NCBI GenBank assembly: GCA_016217555.1
Contig: JACRHW010000017.1
Location: forward strand, 5,093 to 69,092
DNA length: 64,000 nucleotides
Source: Parcubacteria group bacterium
Lineage (GTDB): Bacteria > Patescibacteriota > Minisyncoccia > UBA6257 > JACRHW01
Direction of reading: 5' to 3'
Positions 10,262-19,296 of the stretch are shown here, in pieces. Numbering within the stretch: position 1 is the stretch's first letter; every line of letters begins with the position of its first letter. The translations under genes and the position numbers were made by a program. The notes beneath the pieces are model-generated. The model was not told the origin of the DNA and made no database searches. It saw nothing but the letters and a program-made list of their open reading frames with translations.

Positions 10262-10283
10262 AAGAAAAAAGATTTAATATTTT

Positions 10284-11264
10284 ATGAAAGAAACACCTTC
10301 TCAAGAGAAACCAATAAATGTTGTTATAGATAAAAATGGTAATGCTGTTGGTACGACCGAAGATCTAAAGAGATATACAGAGCAACGAAGAAGGGAACAA
10401 GAGGCTTCAGGATTTGCGGCGCCAGAGAACAGTAGAGAAGATAGATTGAAGGAAAAAGAAATTGCGTTCGGGGCTGGGGCAGAAAAATTTAAACAATCTG
10501 CGAGTGCGCTTTGGCGTCGCTTAAAAGGTGGTGTAAAAAGCACGTTTGATATGATTAAAAAAGTTCCTGGCAAAATATATGCACACGTAGCAGTGGGGGC
10601 AGAAGATATTGGCACGCGATGGAAAGAAGAGATGAAAACAACGCAAGATGCATGGAAACAGGATAAGGAAAATCTTGGAAAGGGGCGGAGACAAATTGGG
10701 TCATTTATAAAAAAAGATTGGGAACATACAAAGGGTGATTGGGAAAACGTGAAAACGGGTGTTGTTGAGCGAGCTAACGATGCAGGTAGATTTATGGTTG
10801 AGATAAAAGATGGTTTTGTTGATGGATATAAAAACGTGCGAGACGGTGCAATAAAAGGATGTGGACGGATTTTGGAGGGTATCCGCTCTATGGTCAGCTC
10901 AAAAGCGCTCGAAGGATTAAGCGCAACCATCGATTTTTTAAACACCAAAAGGCAGGCAATAGAAAACGCACAGGGCATATTAAAAACACAAGCTGAGAAG
11001 CAGGATTTGCCAGGTAATTTTGAGAAAATTGTGGCAATGCAGACCGTGGGGGCAGTATATGACCCAAAACAAGAGGCGTTTTTGGAAGCACTTGCAGGAG
11101 GTGATAAAAAAACGTGGGAAGATTTTCGTAATAATAAAGCCTCTCAGAGCGCCAAAGATCGTGGCGATGATAATGATGGTTTGTTTTTGGGATGGGAACA
11201 AAAAGATTTTCAGGAACTTCTTAGAAGAAAAATGCGACATATAATAGATAGTCAACGTAAGTAG
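10284..11264 (+). CDS. Hypothetical K/E/D-rich soluble protein
   Basis: 326-aa ORF with no TM helices and no known motifs. Confidence 0.45.
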   Translation: MKETPSQEKPINVVIDKNGNAVGTTEDLKRYTEQRRREQEASGFAAPENSREDRLKEKEIAFGAGAEKFKQSASALWRRLKGGVKSTFDMIKKVPGKIYAHVAVGAEDIGTRWKEEMKTTQDAWKQDKENLGKGRRQIGSFIKKDWEHTKGDWENVKTGVVERANDAGRFMVEIKDGFVDGYKNVRDGAIKGCGRILEGIRSMVSSKALEGLSATIDFLNTKRQAIENAQGILKTQAEKQDLPGNFEKIVAMQTVGAVYDPKQEAFLEALAGGDKKTWEDFRNNKASQSAKDRGDDNDGLFLGWEQKDFQELLRRKMRHIIDSQRK

Positions 11265-11274
11265 ATTTTAATTT

Positions 11275-11703
11275 ATGATTTCAAAAGAAGAATTAGTACA
11301 ACTCGTTATTGAATTAAAAGCAAAGAGGGTTCTTAATGAAGAAGAGGCTGATCAATACCTTGTTTTGGCACAAGGGGACGATATTATTGGAGTGGCGATG
11401 AATCTCTCTTTATTGCTCGATGAAAAATCAGTACAGGTAGATACGGAAATTCTTGATGTTACCTCAGAATTAGTAGACACTGCGAAAAAGATTGCAGAAG
11501 AATCAAAAGACGATGCAGTGATTAGTGAAGTCAATCGCCTTGAGGATGAATTTTCCGGTGTTTTAGAACAGCTTCAAAAAGATACAAAAGAGATGAGGGA
11601 TGATTATGCAAGTCTTGCTCCTGTTTTTGCAGAGGCTGAGGAGATAATAAGGGAGGGTGCTATCGAGGAGCAACGACAGAAAATTCAAGGTTCCGGTGCA
11701 TAA
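11275..11703 (+). CDS. Hypothetical small acidic helical protein
   Basis: 142-aa ORF immediately downstream of the 326-aa protein. Confidence 0.4.
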   Translation: MISKEELVQLVIELKAKRVLNEEEADQYLVLAQGDDIIGVAMNLSLLLDEKSVQVDTEILDVTSELVDTAKKIAEESKDDAVISEVNRLEDEFSGVLEQLQKDTKEMRDDYASLAPVFAEAEEIIREGAIEEQRQKIQGSGA

Positions 11704-11731
11704 TAACTATATTGTCGTAACTATTCTGTTG

Positions 11732-11759
11732 CAAACCTCAACAATGAGGTTTGTTTTTT
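11732..11759 (+). terminator. Rho-independent terminator
   Basis: Hairpin CAAACCTCA-ACAA-TGAGGTTTG followed by a T-run. Confidence 0.5.
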
Positions 11760-11836
11760 GATTTCCGAATTATGGGAATTCAACTTCCATAGTTTTTGAG
11801 TTTTTGGAGGAGTGTGGTAGATTTAAAAAATAAAAT

Positions 11837-13048
11837 ATGCGAGATACACAAATAGAGAATCTAATTAAAAAGGAGACACAGCGACAAAACGAAACGTTGG
11901 ATTTAATTCCCTCTGAGAATTTTGTTTCATCAGAGGTGCTTAAGGCGCTTGGCTCAGTACTTACTAATAAATATGCTGAAGGGTATTCTGGGAAGCGGTA
12001 CTATGGTGGAAATGAGTATGTCGATCAGATAGAAACATTATGTATTGATCGCGCACTCAAGGTGTTCAAGCTCTCACCTAAAAAATGGCATGTGAACGTG
12101 CAACCCTACTCTGGTTCTCCTGCAAACTTGGCAGTGTATGCTGGTCTTGTTCCACTTGGAGAAAAGATAATGGGGATGCAACTTGATATGGGAGGGCATC
12201 TTACCCATGGGCATAAGGTAAGTTTTACGGGGAGTGCGTGGAAACAGATTCCTTATGGCGTAGATCAGAAGACTGAGGTGTTGGATTATCATGCGCTCAT
12301 GGTGCTTGCCGAAGCGGAGAAGCCAAAGCTTATTGTTGTTGGATATACGGCGTATCCCCGAAAAATAGATTTTGCAAAATTTAGAGCGATTGCAGATAAA
12401 ATTGGTGCTTATCTCATGGTGGATATGTCGCACTTCTCAGGGCTTGTTGCTGGTGGCGCACTACCGAGTCCATTTAAGTATGCAGATGTAGTAACCACTA
12501 CAACACACAAGACATTGCGTGGGCCACGAGGGGCGATGATTTTTTGTAAAGCTGATCTTGCGAGGTCTATTGATCGTGCAGTGTTCCCTGGCCTTCAGGG
12601 GGGGCCTCATGTAAATCAGATTGCGGCTACTGCAGTTGCATTACTCGAAGCTGGTCAGCCAACTTTTAAATCTTATGCAAAGCAGGTGATTCTTAACGCG
12701 AAGGCACTTTCAAATGAGCTAAAGAAAATGGGTTGGAGAATTGTTTCGGGGGGGACGGATACGCATTTATTATTAGTAGATACTTTTGCACGAGGGATCC
12801 CTGGCAAGGAGGCGAGCGACTTACTACAAGAAAATGGTATAATAGTAAATAAGAACACCATTCCCTTTGATGCACGTTCTCCTATGGATCCTTCGGGGAT
12901 TCGCTTGGGAACTCCAGCGCTTACGACGCGAGGTATGAAGGAAAAAGAGATGGTGCTTATTGCACAGATGATTCACGAGGTGCTTTTAGAGAAAAAGAAC
13001 GTGTTGGCTCAAATCAAAATTCTCTGCAGAAGATTTCCAATAAAATAA
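11837..13048 (+). CDS. glyA: Serine hydroxymethyltransferase
   Basis: Full-length SHMT signature including the PLP-lysine region TTTTHKTLRGPRG and GGHLTHGH. Confidence 0.9.
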   Translation: MRDTQIENLIKKETQRQNETLDLIPSENFVSSEVLKALGSVLTNKYAEGYSGKRYYGGNEYVDQIETLCIDRALKVFKLSPKKWHVNVQPYSGSPANLAVYAGLVPLGEKIMGMQLDMGGHLTHGHKVSFTGSAWKQIPYGVDQKTEVLDYHALMVLAEAEKPKLIVVGYTAYPRKIDFAKFRAIADKIGAYLMVDMSHFSGLVAGGALPSPFKYADVVTTTTHKTLRGPRGAMIFCKADLARSIDRAVFPGLQGGPHVNQIAATAVALLEAGQPTFKSYAKQVILNAKALSNELKKMGWRIVSGGTDTHLLLVDTFARGIPGKEASDLLQENGIIVNKNTIPFDARSPMDPSGIRLGTPALTTRGMKEKEMVLIAQMIHEVLLEKKNVLAQIKILCRRFPIK

Positions 13049-13055
13049 TAGCTTA

Positions 13056-13173
13056 AGAAATCAAAACGCAAAACGCAAAATTACAGCTCAAAACTAAAAA
13101 CTATCTTACTATTTTTTAAGTTTTAATTTTTTTGGTTGTAGTTTTGCCTTTTGACTTTTAAGTTTTGAATTTC
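13056..13173. repeat. AT-rich CAAAAC-type long imperfect palindrome (family A, copy 1)
   Basis: Arms of about 45 bp (GAAATCAAAACGCAAAACGCAAAATTACAGCTCAAAACTAAAAAC ... GTTTTGCCTTTTGACTTTTAAGTTTTGAATTTC). Homologous copies lie at 14889-14988 and 37035-37136. Confidence 0.6.
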
Positions 13174-13231
13174 TACTGTGCTTAACTACAACTTTAATTC
13201 ACGGTTTCGTTTTGTGAAAGCGTCTACGATT

Positions 13232-14878
13232 ATGGATTTTAAAACCCAGCTTAGTTATGTCGTGCAAGGCGAAGTTGATGATACACAAGAAACGTGTGAG
13301 AAGTATAGTCACGACGCAAGCATATTCGAGGTAGTACCCCATACAATAGTATATCCAAAAGACAGTGTTGATATCACGCGTCTTGTTGCTTTTGTGAACC
13401 AATCTTCTCACGAGGCGCTTTCTTTGACTCCGCGTTCGGGGGGGACTGATATGGGGGGCGGGTCAATTAATGAGTCTATTATTATTGATATGACACGCCA
13501 TATCAATCGTTTAAAGCGAATAGAGAAAGGCATTGATGAAGGAAATGCGATTGTTGAGCCAGGAATGTTTTATCGTGATTTTGATAAGGAGACGCAGAAA
13601 CAGGATCTTTTTATGCCCTCATATCCTGCATCGCGTGAGATTTGCACGGTGGGGGGTATGGTGGCAAATAATTCAGGAGGCGAAAAGACGCTTGTGTATG
13701 GGCAGACAATTCGTTATGTGAATTCCTTGAAGGTAGTACTTCAGGATGGAAATGAATATGCCTTTCGTGCTGTAAATAAAGACGAGCTTGAGGGAAAGAT
13801 GCAGCTGCATACATTTGAGGGTAAGATCTATCGAGATGTATACGAACTTCTTAAAAAGAACGACGACATGATCAAGGCGGCTCGTCCGGCGGTTACTAAA
13901 AATTCTGCGGGGTATCAGATATGGGATGTATGGGATAAGGAGAAGGGCGTGTTTGATCTTACAAAACTTTTTGTAGGGTCTCAGGGGACGCTTGGTATTA
14001 TTACCGAGATTGGGTTTCGATTGGTGGCACCAAAGAAGCACTCGACGCTTCTTGTTATATTTTTGAAGAATCTCAACGAACTTCCAGAAATTATTAAGCG
14101 AGTGCTCGAGCATCATCCTGAAAGTTTTGAATCGTATGACGATCATACCCTTGGGCTTGCGATTAAGTTTTTTCCCGATGTGATGAAATTTTTTAAGGCA
14201 GGTATTTTTAGGATTGCGTTTCAGTTTCTCCCCGAAGCGTGGATGTTTTTGACAGGGGGCATGCCAAAGCTTGTGTTGATGGCAGAGTTTACGGGAGAAA
14301 CTTCGGAAGAGGTTCAAAGGAAAGCGGCCGAAGCGATAAAGAGTCTCAAGGGACTACATCTTAAGGCGCGTGTTACAAAATCGGAGGAGGAGGCGCAAAA
14401 ATATTGGGTAATTCGAAGAGAGAGCTTTAGTCTTTTGCGTAAACATATTCAAGGTAAGCACACTGCACCTTTTATTGATGACATGGTGGTGCATCCGAAG
14501 GATCTTCCCGAGTTTCTTCCTAAGCTTGAGGCGATTTTAAAACCTTACAACCTTACGTATACCATTGCGGGCCACGCAGGCGACGCAAATTTTCATATTA
14601 TCCCTCTCATGGATTTTTGTGATCCTCATATGCGTGAAATTGTGACCGAACTTTCAAAAAAGGTGTATGATCTTGTCTTTGCATTTAAGGGTTCTATGAC
14701 GGGGGAGCATAATGACGGCATGGTGCGTGGACCATTTTTACGCGATATGTATGGAGATCGAATTTATGCGATTTTCCAAGAAATCAAAACCATTTTTGAC
14801 CCTAAGAATATTTTTAATCCCCATAAAAAAACAGACGCCACCCTTGAATACTCGATGCAACATTTGAGGAAAGATTAA
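13232..14878 (+). CDS. FAD-linked oxidase (GlcD / D-lactate dehydrogenase-like; FAD_binding_4 plus FAD-oxidase C-terminal domains)
   Basis: Pattern PRSGGTDMGGGS ... GTLGIITE is typical of FAD-binding PCMH-type oxidases. The start was moved to the ATG at 13232 because the upstream track residues fall in a repeat. Confidence 0.65.
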   Translation: MDFKTQLSYVVQGEVDDTQETCEKYSHDASIFEVVPHTIVYPKDSVDITRLVAFVNQSSHEALSLTPRSGGTDMGGGSINESIIIDMTRHINRLKRIEKGIDEGNAIVEPGMFYRDFDKETQKQDLFMPSYPASREICTVGGMVANNSGGEKTLVYGQTIRYVNSLKVVLQDGNEYAFRAVNKDELEGKMQLHTFEGKIYRDVYELLKKNDDMIKAARPAVTKNSAGYQIWDVWDKEKGVFDLTKLFVGSQGTLGIITEIGFRLVAPKKHSTLLVIFLKNLNELPEIIKRVLEHHPESFESYDDHTLGLAIKFFPDVMKFFKAGIFRIAFQFLPEAWMFLTGGMPKLVLMAEFTGETSEEVQRKAAEAIKSLKGLHLKARVTKSEEEAQKYWVIRRESFSLLRKHIQGKHTAPFIDDMVVHPKDLPEFLPKLEAILKPYNLTYTIAGHAGDANFHIIPLMDFCDPHMREIVTELSKKVYDLVFAFKGSMTGEHNDGMVRGPFLRDMYGDRIYAIFQEIKTIFDPKNIFNPHKKTDATLEYSMQHLRKD

Positions 14879-14888
14879 CCTCGGTAAA

Positions 14889-14988
14889 ATAAAAACTCAA
14901 AACGCAAAAGTCAAAACTACAACTAAAAACGTAAAACTTTTGATTTTTGAGTTGAAGTTTTGTGTTTTGACCTTTACGTTTTGAATTT
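14889..14988. repeat. Family A palindrome, copy 2
   Basis: AAAACTCAAAACGCAAAAGTCAAAACTACAACTAAAAAC ... inverted arm GTTGAAGTTTTGTGTTTTGACCTTTACGTTTTGAATTT. Confidence 0.6.
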
Positions 14989-14993
14989 ATACT

Positions 14994-15248
14994 ATGTATC
15001 GTTCCTTTAAGGACATTGCTTTAAAAAAATATGGGCGTATTCTCTCGAGAAACGTAGTAACAAAGATGTGTAATCAGCTTATTTTTGATATTGTGGGGGA
15101 TGATGCGCGTATTGAACGTCATTTTGGAAATACGGTCGTAGTAAAATGCAACAATGCTTCAGCCGCCGCGTTTTTGAGGGCACGAGAGCAGGGGATATTA
15201 GGCGCAGTAAAGAAGTTGGGAATCACAACAATACATTACAGGACGTAA
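14994..15248 (+). CDS. DUF721-family (DciA-like) small protein
   Basis: Pattern IFDIVGDDARIERHFGNTVVVKCNNASAAAFLRAREQGIL matches the DUF721 layout. Confidence 0.4.
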   Translation: MYRSFKDIALKKYGRILSRNVVTKMCNQLIFDIVGDDARIERHFGNTVVVKCNNASAAAFLRAREQGILGAVKKLGITTIHYRT

Positions 15249-15384
15249 CATCTTATAGTATTATTCCTCACGTCCTTCTGTGCAACTCCCACCTTCGTTA
15301 TGTCGTTTATATGTATTGAGATTCTATTTGTTCACAGTGTAAAAATAAAACTCTCTGGGCGTTGCTAGAGAGTTGTTGACTTTT

Positions 15385-15636
15385 CTATTCGTTGAATGCG
15401 GCCATCATTGCGGCAGCTCCAGGGATGATGAGAACCGTCGCGGAGATAAAACCGGCAATACTTGCGCCAAAGATTTTCGCAAGTCCGATTGCAACACTCA
15501 GTGCTTCGACACCACCAGGTGCCTTGACTGCTTCGATGAGCTGTACGATTCCACCAATGAAACAAAGCCATACTCCTACATAGAGACCAAGAGCGATACC
15601 GCCCAAAAGCATAAGAAGTCCAAGCACTAGTTTCAT
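15385..15636 (-). CDS. Hypothetical small membrane protein (2-3 TM)
   Basis: 83-aa hydrophobic ORF. Confidence 0.3.
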   Translation of the reverse strand: MKLVLGLLMLLGGIALGLYVGVWLCFIGGIVQLIEAVKAPGGVEALSVAIGLAKIFGASIAGFISATVLIIPGAAAMMAAFNE

Positions 15637-15761
15637 AACTGCACCCTCCTGTTTGTTTTTTGTCGCTGATAGGATTACTCCTACCTAAGGGTAATTTAGA
15701 ACATTATTATTATTATGTCAATAGTTCCTATTTGGTTGGTTTGGGTTATCATGTTTGAGTA

Positions 15762-16613
15762 TTGAGTATGAAAAATGCGTATCAGAACAATAAAATAGAG
15801 GGCAAAGGAATCGCGCGGGAGATTATTGAGGAGCTAAAGAAGCGTGAGGCGCCAGAGAAGTTTTTGGCTGCGTTTTTGGTGGGCGAGGATCCTGCTTCAT
15901 TGAGTTTTTTGAAGAAAAAGGAGGAGGTGGCCGATGAGCTTGGGATAGAGTTTCGTTTGTATCAATTGGTTCCTTCTGCGGGGGTGGTTCAGGTACGCGA
16001 AGAAATTATGCGCGTGCAGGAAGAGGAGGATTGTGGTGGGGTTTTGGTACAGCTTCCTCTTGCAACGCATTTAGGCGCTCATGACATTTTAAATGCAATT
16101 GATGTTACAAAAGATGTCGATGTTTTGGGGGAGTCGGCGCGTGGGCTATTTTATAACGGTGATAGTTTAATTCTCCCTCCAGCCGTGTCTGTTGTAGAAG
16201 GAATTTGCATGCGTCAAAATAGAGAACTTGCAAAAGCTCGCGTGGTGGTCTTGGGGGTTGGGTTTTTGATTGGAAAACCGATTGCAACTTGGCTTATGGG
16301 GAGGGTAAAGGAGCTTACTGTGCTTACTCGCAAAAGTGATTTGCTTGATCCTGCGTGTGGACTTCACTCAGCTGATCTGGTAATTACTGGCACAGGAAGT
16401 TCTGGTGTTATTCAACCAAGCATGCTTAAAGAAGGTGCGGGCGTCATAGATTTTGGAACAAGTTTTGTGGAGAAAAAACTTAAAGGAGATTTAGATACTT
16501 CCTATAATGAGGTTTCAAAATTATCATTTTATACTCCCACACCAGGAGGGACGGGGCCAATATTAGTCGCGAAACTTTTCGAAAACTTTTATAAGTTAAA
16601 TGAAAAATACTAA
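15762..16613 (+). CDS. folD: Bifunctional methylenetetrahydrofolate dehydrogenase/cyclohydrolase
   Basis: FolD architecture with a Rossmann VVVLGVGFLIGKPIATWL and C-terminal TPTPGGTGP. Confidence 0.85.
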   Translation: MSMKNAYQNNKIEGKGIAREIIEELKKREAPEKFLAAFLVGEDPASLSFLKKKEEVADELGIEFRLYQLVPSAGVVQVREEIMRVQEEEDCGGVLVQLPLATHLGAHDILNAIDVTKDVDVLGESARGLFYNGDSLILPPAVSVVEGICMRQNRELAKARVVVLGVGFLIGKPIATWLMGRVKELTVLTRKSDLLDPACGLHSADLVITGTGSSGVIQPSMLKEGAGVIDFGTSFVEKKLKGDLDTSYNEVSKLSFYTPTPGGTGPILVAKLFENFYKLNEKY

Positions 16614-16703
16614 TATACGAATCCATACAAATGATACGAATGGTTACGAATACGTACGATATTCGTATTGATTTGTAGTATTAGTATCATTCGTATATTG
16701 GTA

Positions 16704-17540
16704 TGGTTAATTATGTTGTTTGATTCTCATACTCATCTACAATTTGCGGGATATGATGAAGACCGCGATGCGGTGATTGCTCGTGCAAAAGCAGTGGGTG
16801 TTTCTATGGTTAATGTGGGGACTGATGTACAGAGCTCTCTTTTTGCTCTTGAGCTGGCGAAACAGTATAAGTTTGATGGCATGTATGCAACGCTTGGCTT
16901 TCATCCCACCAACATAGAGAGACGTCACGATATTCAGGAGAAGAAGGAGGCGTATTATGAGGAGTTTGATAAAAAGCGATTTTTTGAGCTCGCAAAAGAT
17001 GACGGATTTTCCATGATTGGGGAGTGTGGACTAGATTATTTTCACATAGAAGACGAAGCGCTACGAAACAGGGAGAAGGAGATATTTTTAGATCAATTTG
17101 AGGTTGCTGTTACCTACAAAAAACCTCTTATGATTCACTGTAGGCCTAGAGTTGGCAATGATGCTTATGATGATCTTTACAAGCTTTTAAAATTAGAGGT
17201 TGGTGGATTGCCCGCGAATCCTGGAATTCTTCATTTTTTCGTGGGGGATAATGAGATAGCTAAAAAGTTTCTTGATCTTGGATTTTATCTTAGTTTTGGT
17301 GGTGCAATTACGTTTAAGAATGCAGAAGTTAATAGGGAGCGTGTGCGGTATGTGCCCCTTGATCGTATTGTGCTTGAGACGGATGCGCCCTATGTGACTC
17401 CAGAGCCTTACCGGGGAAAGCGAAACGAGCCCTTGTATGTAAAATATGTGGCAGAGATATTAGCCGGGATTAAGGGTCTCCCGCTTTCTAAGATTGAGAC
17501 GCAGACGTTTCAGAATACTAAGACTGTTTTGGGGATTTAA
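16704..17540 (+). CDS. tatD: TatD-family metal-dependent hydrolase
   Basis: MLFDSHTHLQF, GECGLDYFH and LETDAPYVTP. The ATG at 16704 is preferred over the track start. Confidence 0.8.
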   Translation, partial: WLIMLFDSHTHLQFAGYDEDRDAVIARAKAVGVSMVNVGTDVQSSLFALELAKQYKFDGMYATLGFHPTNIERRHDIQEKKEAYYEEFDKKRFFELAKDDGFSMIGECGLDYFHIEDEALRNREKEIFLDQFEVAVTYKKPLMIHCRPRVGNDAYDDLYKLLKLEVGGLPANPGILHFFVGDNEIAKKFLDLGFYLSFGGAITFKNAEVNRERVRYVPLDRIVLETDAPYVTPEPYRGKRNEPLYVKYVAEILAGIKGLPLSKIETQTFQNTKTVLGI

Positions 17541-17601
17541 GAAAACATTGCATATTTTTTATAGTTGTGGCATAGGATAGTTAGTATATCTTGAAAATGG
17601 G

Positions 17602-18273
17602 GTGTTTCTAGTGAAGAAGATTTCTAGGGGCGTTAGGGATGCTGTGTTTTATGGTGCGTGGATTCTTTTTATGTTTTTATTGCTTGGAAACTGGAATCTT
17701 TTTTATGGTGTGAGTAGGGCCTCATTTTTTCTCTTGAGTTATGTACGTACTGTGCATGTGGCTCGAGTGTCGTGTGGTGAACTCACCGTTGATATCTATC
17801 GCGAGAAGGATATTGGACTTCGGCACGAAGACGCGTTGCAAACCACGGTTGTGGATGCATATAATGAACTACCTCGGTATCTCAAAATCTACTATTCATA
17901 TTTTTCAGATTCGGAAGAACCAATGTTTAAACGAGTACCGAGTCGGGTTAAGATCGTTATCTTGAGTGAGGCTACGTATGCTCTTTATGATCAGACGCTT
18001 GCGATAGATGGAAAAGCACACAATGAGAAGAAGAAACACCAAAAACAAACCATTAATACAGATATAATAACTCTGGGAATGCATTCTGGACCCCTGAAGA
18101 CTATTTACGTAAGGGGTAGTGGTAATGAATTTGATGCTATCGAAATGGAAAACGAACGAACGGTGCGCCACGAACTCTTTCATCATTTTTATTATGCCTA
18201 TGATCTTGGTGCGGTGATCAATGAGTGGGACGCCTATGAATTTGGTGATGAGGCGCGGGTTGAGAGGCGTTAG
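17602..18273 (+). CDS. Hypothetical membrane-anchored protein with a C-terminal HExxH motif (paralogue 1)
   Basis: N-terminal TM helix; the C-terminus carries TVRHELFHHFYYAY. Confidence 0.4.
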   Translation: MFLVKKISRGVRDAVFYGAWILFMFLLLGNWNLFYGVSRASFFLLSYVRTVHVARVSCGELTVDIYREKDIGLRHEDALQTTVVDAYNELPRYLKIYYSYFSDSEEPMFKRVPSRVKIVILSEATYALYDQTLAIDGKAHNEKKKHQKQTINTDIITLGMHSGPLKTIYVRGSGNEFDAIEMENERTVRHELFHHFYYAYDLGAVINEWDAYEFGDEARVERR

Positions 18274-18286
18274 CTATAAAGCGGAT

Positions 18287-18310
18287 GCTCTACACAGGTA
18301 GAGCTTTTTT
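18287..18310 (+). terminator. Rho-independent terminator
   Basis: GCTCTAC-ACAG-GTAGAGC followed by TTTTTT. Confidence 0.5.
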
Positions 18311-18384
18311 ATTTCTTTTTTTATGGTAGGACTAAAGAAGGAGCTTGAAAAGTGAAGAGGTGAACCGACGTGGAGGATTGGGAA

Positions 18385-18975
18385 ATGTTATTGGTGGAAT
18401 GGTTTGGGATACTTTTTGCAATTGTGTGGATTGCGTGGGTGGTACGTGAGTATCTCTATGTATATAAACTTGCTTTGGTTTTTTGGGTGCAGTATTATGC
18501 GGTTACTACGTTTGCAAGAAAACGATGTGTATATGACGAGTCTGTATTAGGAGCACGTGTTTTGATATATGTAGAGGATGGTGTCGTGCTTCGCGACCTT
18601 GAATTGTTGCCACAGTGCATTGAGGAGATATATGAAGATTTTAATTTATTTGTCGTTTTCTTTAAACTTGAGGAGTTCCTCTCTGATAAAGACCCACACG
18701 ACGTAACCGCTGTTTTTTATAAAGAAAACACGTATAATATCCTTGATCGATTGTGTCATATGAATACACGTGGATTTTATCTGCCAGCTTTAAGAAAAAT
18801 GTCGCTCAGGACAAATGCAATACTTTGTGATCTTGACGGTATGCTTGGAAAAACGGTGCGCCACGAGTTTTTTCACTACTTGGTACATGCATTTTTTGTG
18901 AAGGGTGCACTTACGTATGAACAAGAGGAGGGGTGTGCGCGTGTGTTTGAGGAGTGGCGGTCGATGGCAAAATAA
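18385..18975 (+). CDS. Hypothetical membrane-anchored HExxH protein (paralogue 2)
   Basis: TVRHEFFHYLVHAFF sits at the same relative position as in the upstream gene, and the layout matches. Confidence 0.4.
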   Translation: MLLVEWFGILFAIVWIAWVVREYLYVYKLALVFWVQYYAVTTFARKRCVYDESVLGARVLIYVEDGVVLRDLELLPQCIEEIYEDFNLFVVFFKLEEFLSDKDPHDVTAVFYKENTYNILDRLCHMNTRGFYLPALRKMSLRTNAILCDLDGMLGKTVRHEFFHYLVHAFFVKGALTYEQEEGCARVFEEWRSMAK

Positions 18976-19061
18976 TTTTCATTATAATGACCCCATGTAG
19001 ATGGGGCTTTGTTTTTTCTTTGGTTTTATGACATAGTTACAATAATATCTTGAATTAAGAA

Positions 19062-19204
19062 GTGTGTATTTCGAACCATTCCGCAGACGCGAAGCTGGGT
19101 GTTGTCAACCCCGAGTGGAAACGAGTTGGGTTGACAACGGAGCGTCTGCGGGTGGAGTGAGTCGCCGCGGGAGTGACGAACGCGTGAGAAACACACATTT
19201 CGTA
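19062..19204 (-). repeat. Structured about 140-170-nt repeat element, family C copy 1 (reverse orientation relative to copies 2 and 3)
   Basis: Its reverse complement aligns with 32616-32746 and 60190-60361. It has an outer stem CCGCAGACGC/GCGTCTGCGG and an inner stem GTTGTCAACCC/GGGTTGACAAC. Confidence 0.7.
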
Positions 19205-19296
19205 ATTCAAGGAATAATATGTCTTCGAGTATTTTTTTATTTATCGTATTCATCTCCCTATTTTATATAGGTGTTCTTTCAATTTTTATCTAAGAT

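Noticed and set aside
16614-16703. TACGAAT-rich imperfect palindrome between folD and tatD
   Set aside because: It is a single-copy AT-rich spacer with loose self-complementarity. It is most simply a terminator or leader with no distinctive features.
19064-19270. 68-aa ORF (MYFEPFRRREAGCC...) and its twin at 32647-32832 on the opposite strand
   Set aside because: Both lie entirely within copies of the family C repeat. The same peptide arises from opposite strands and orientations, so they are translation artefacts of a palindromic element.
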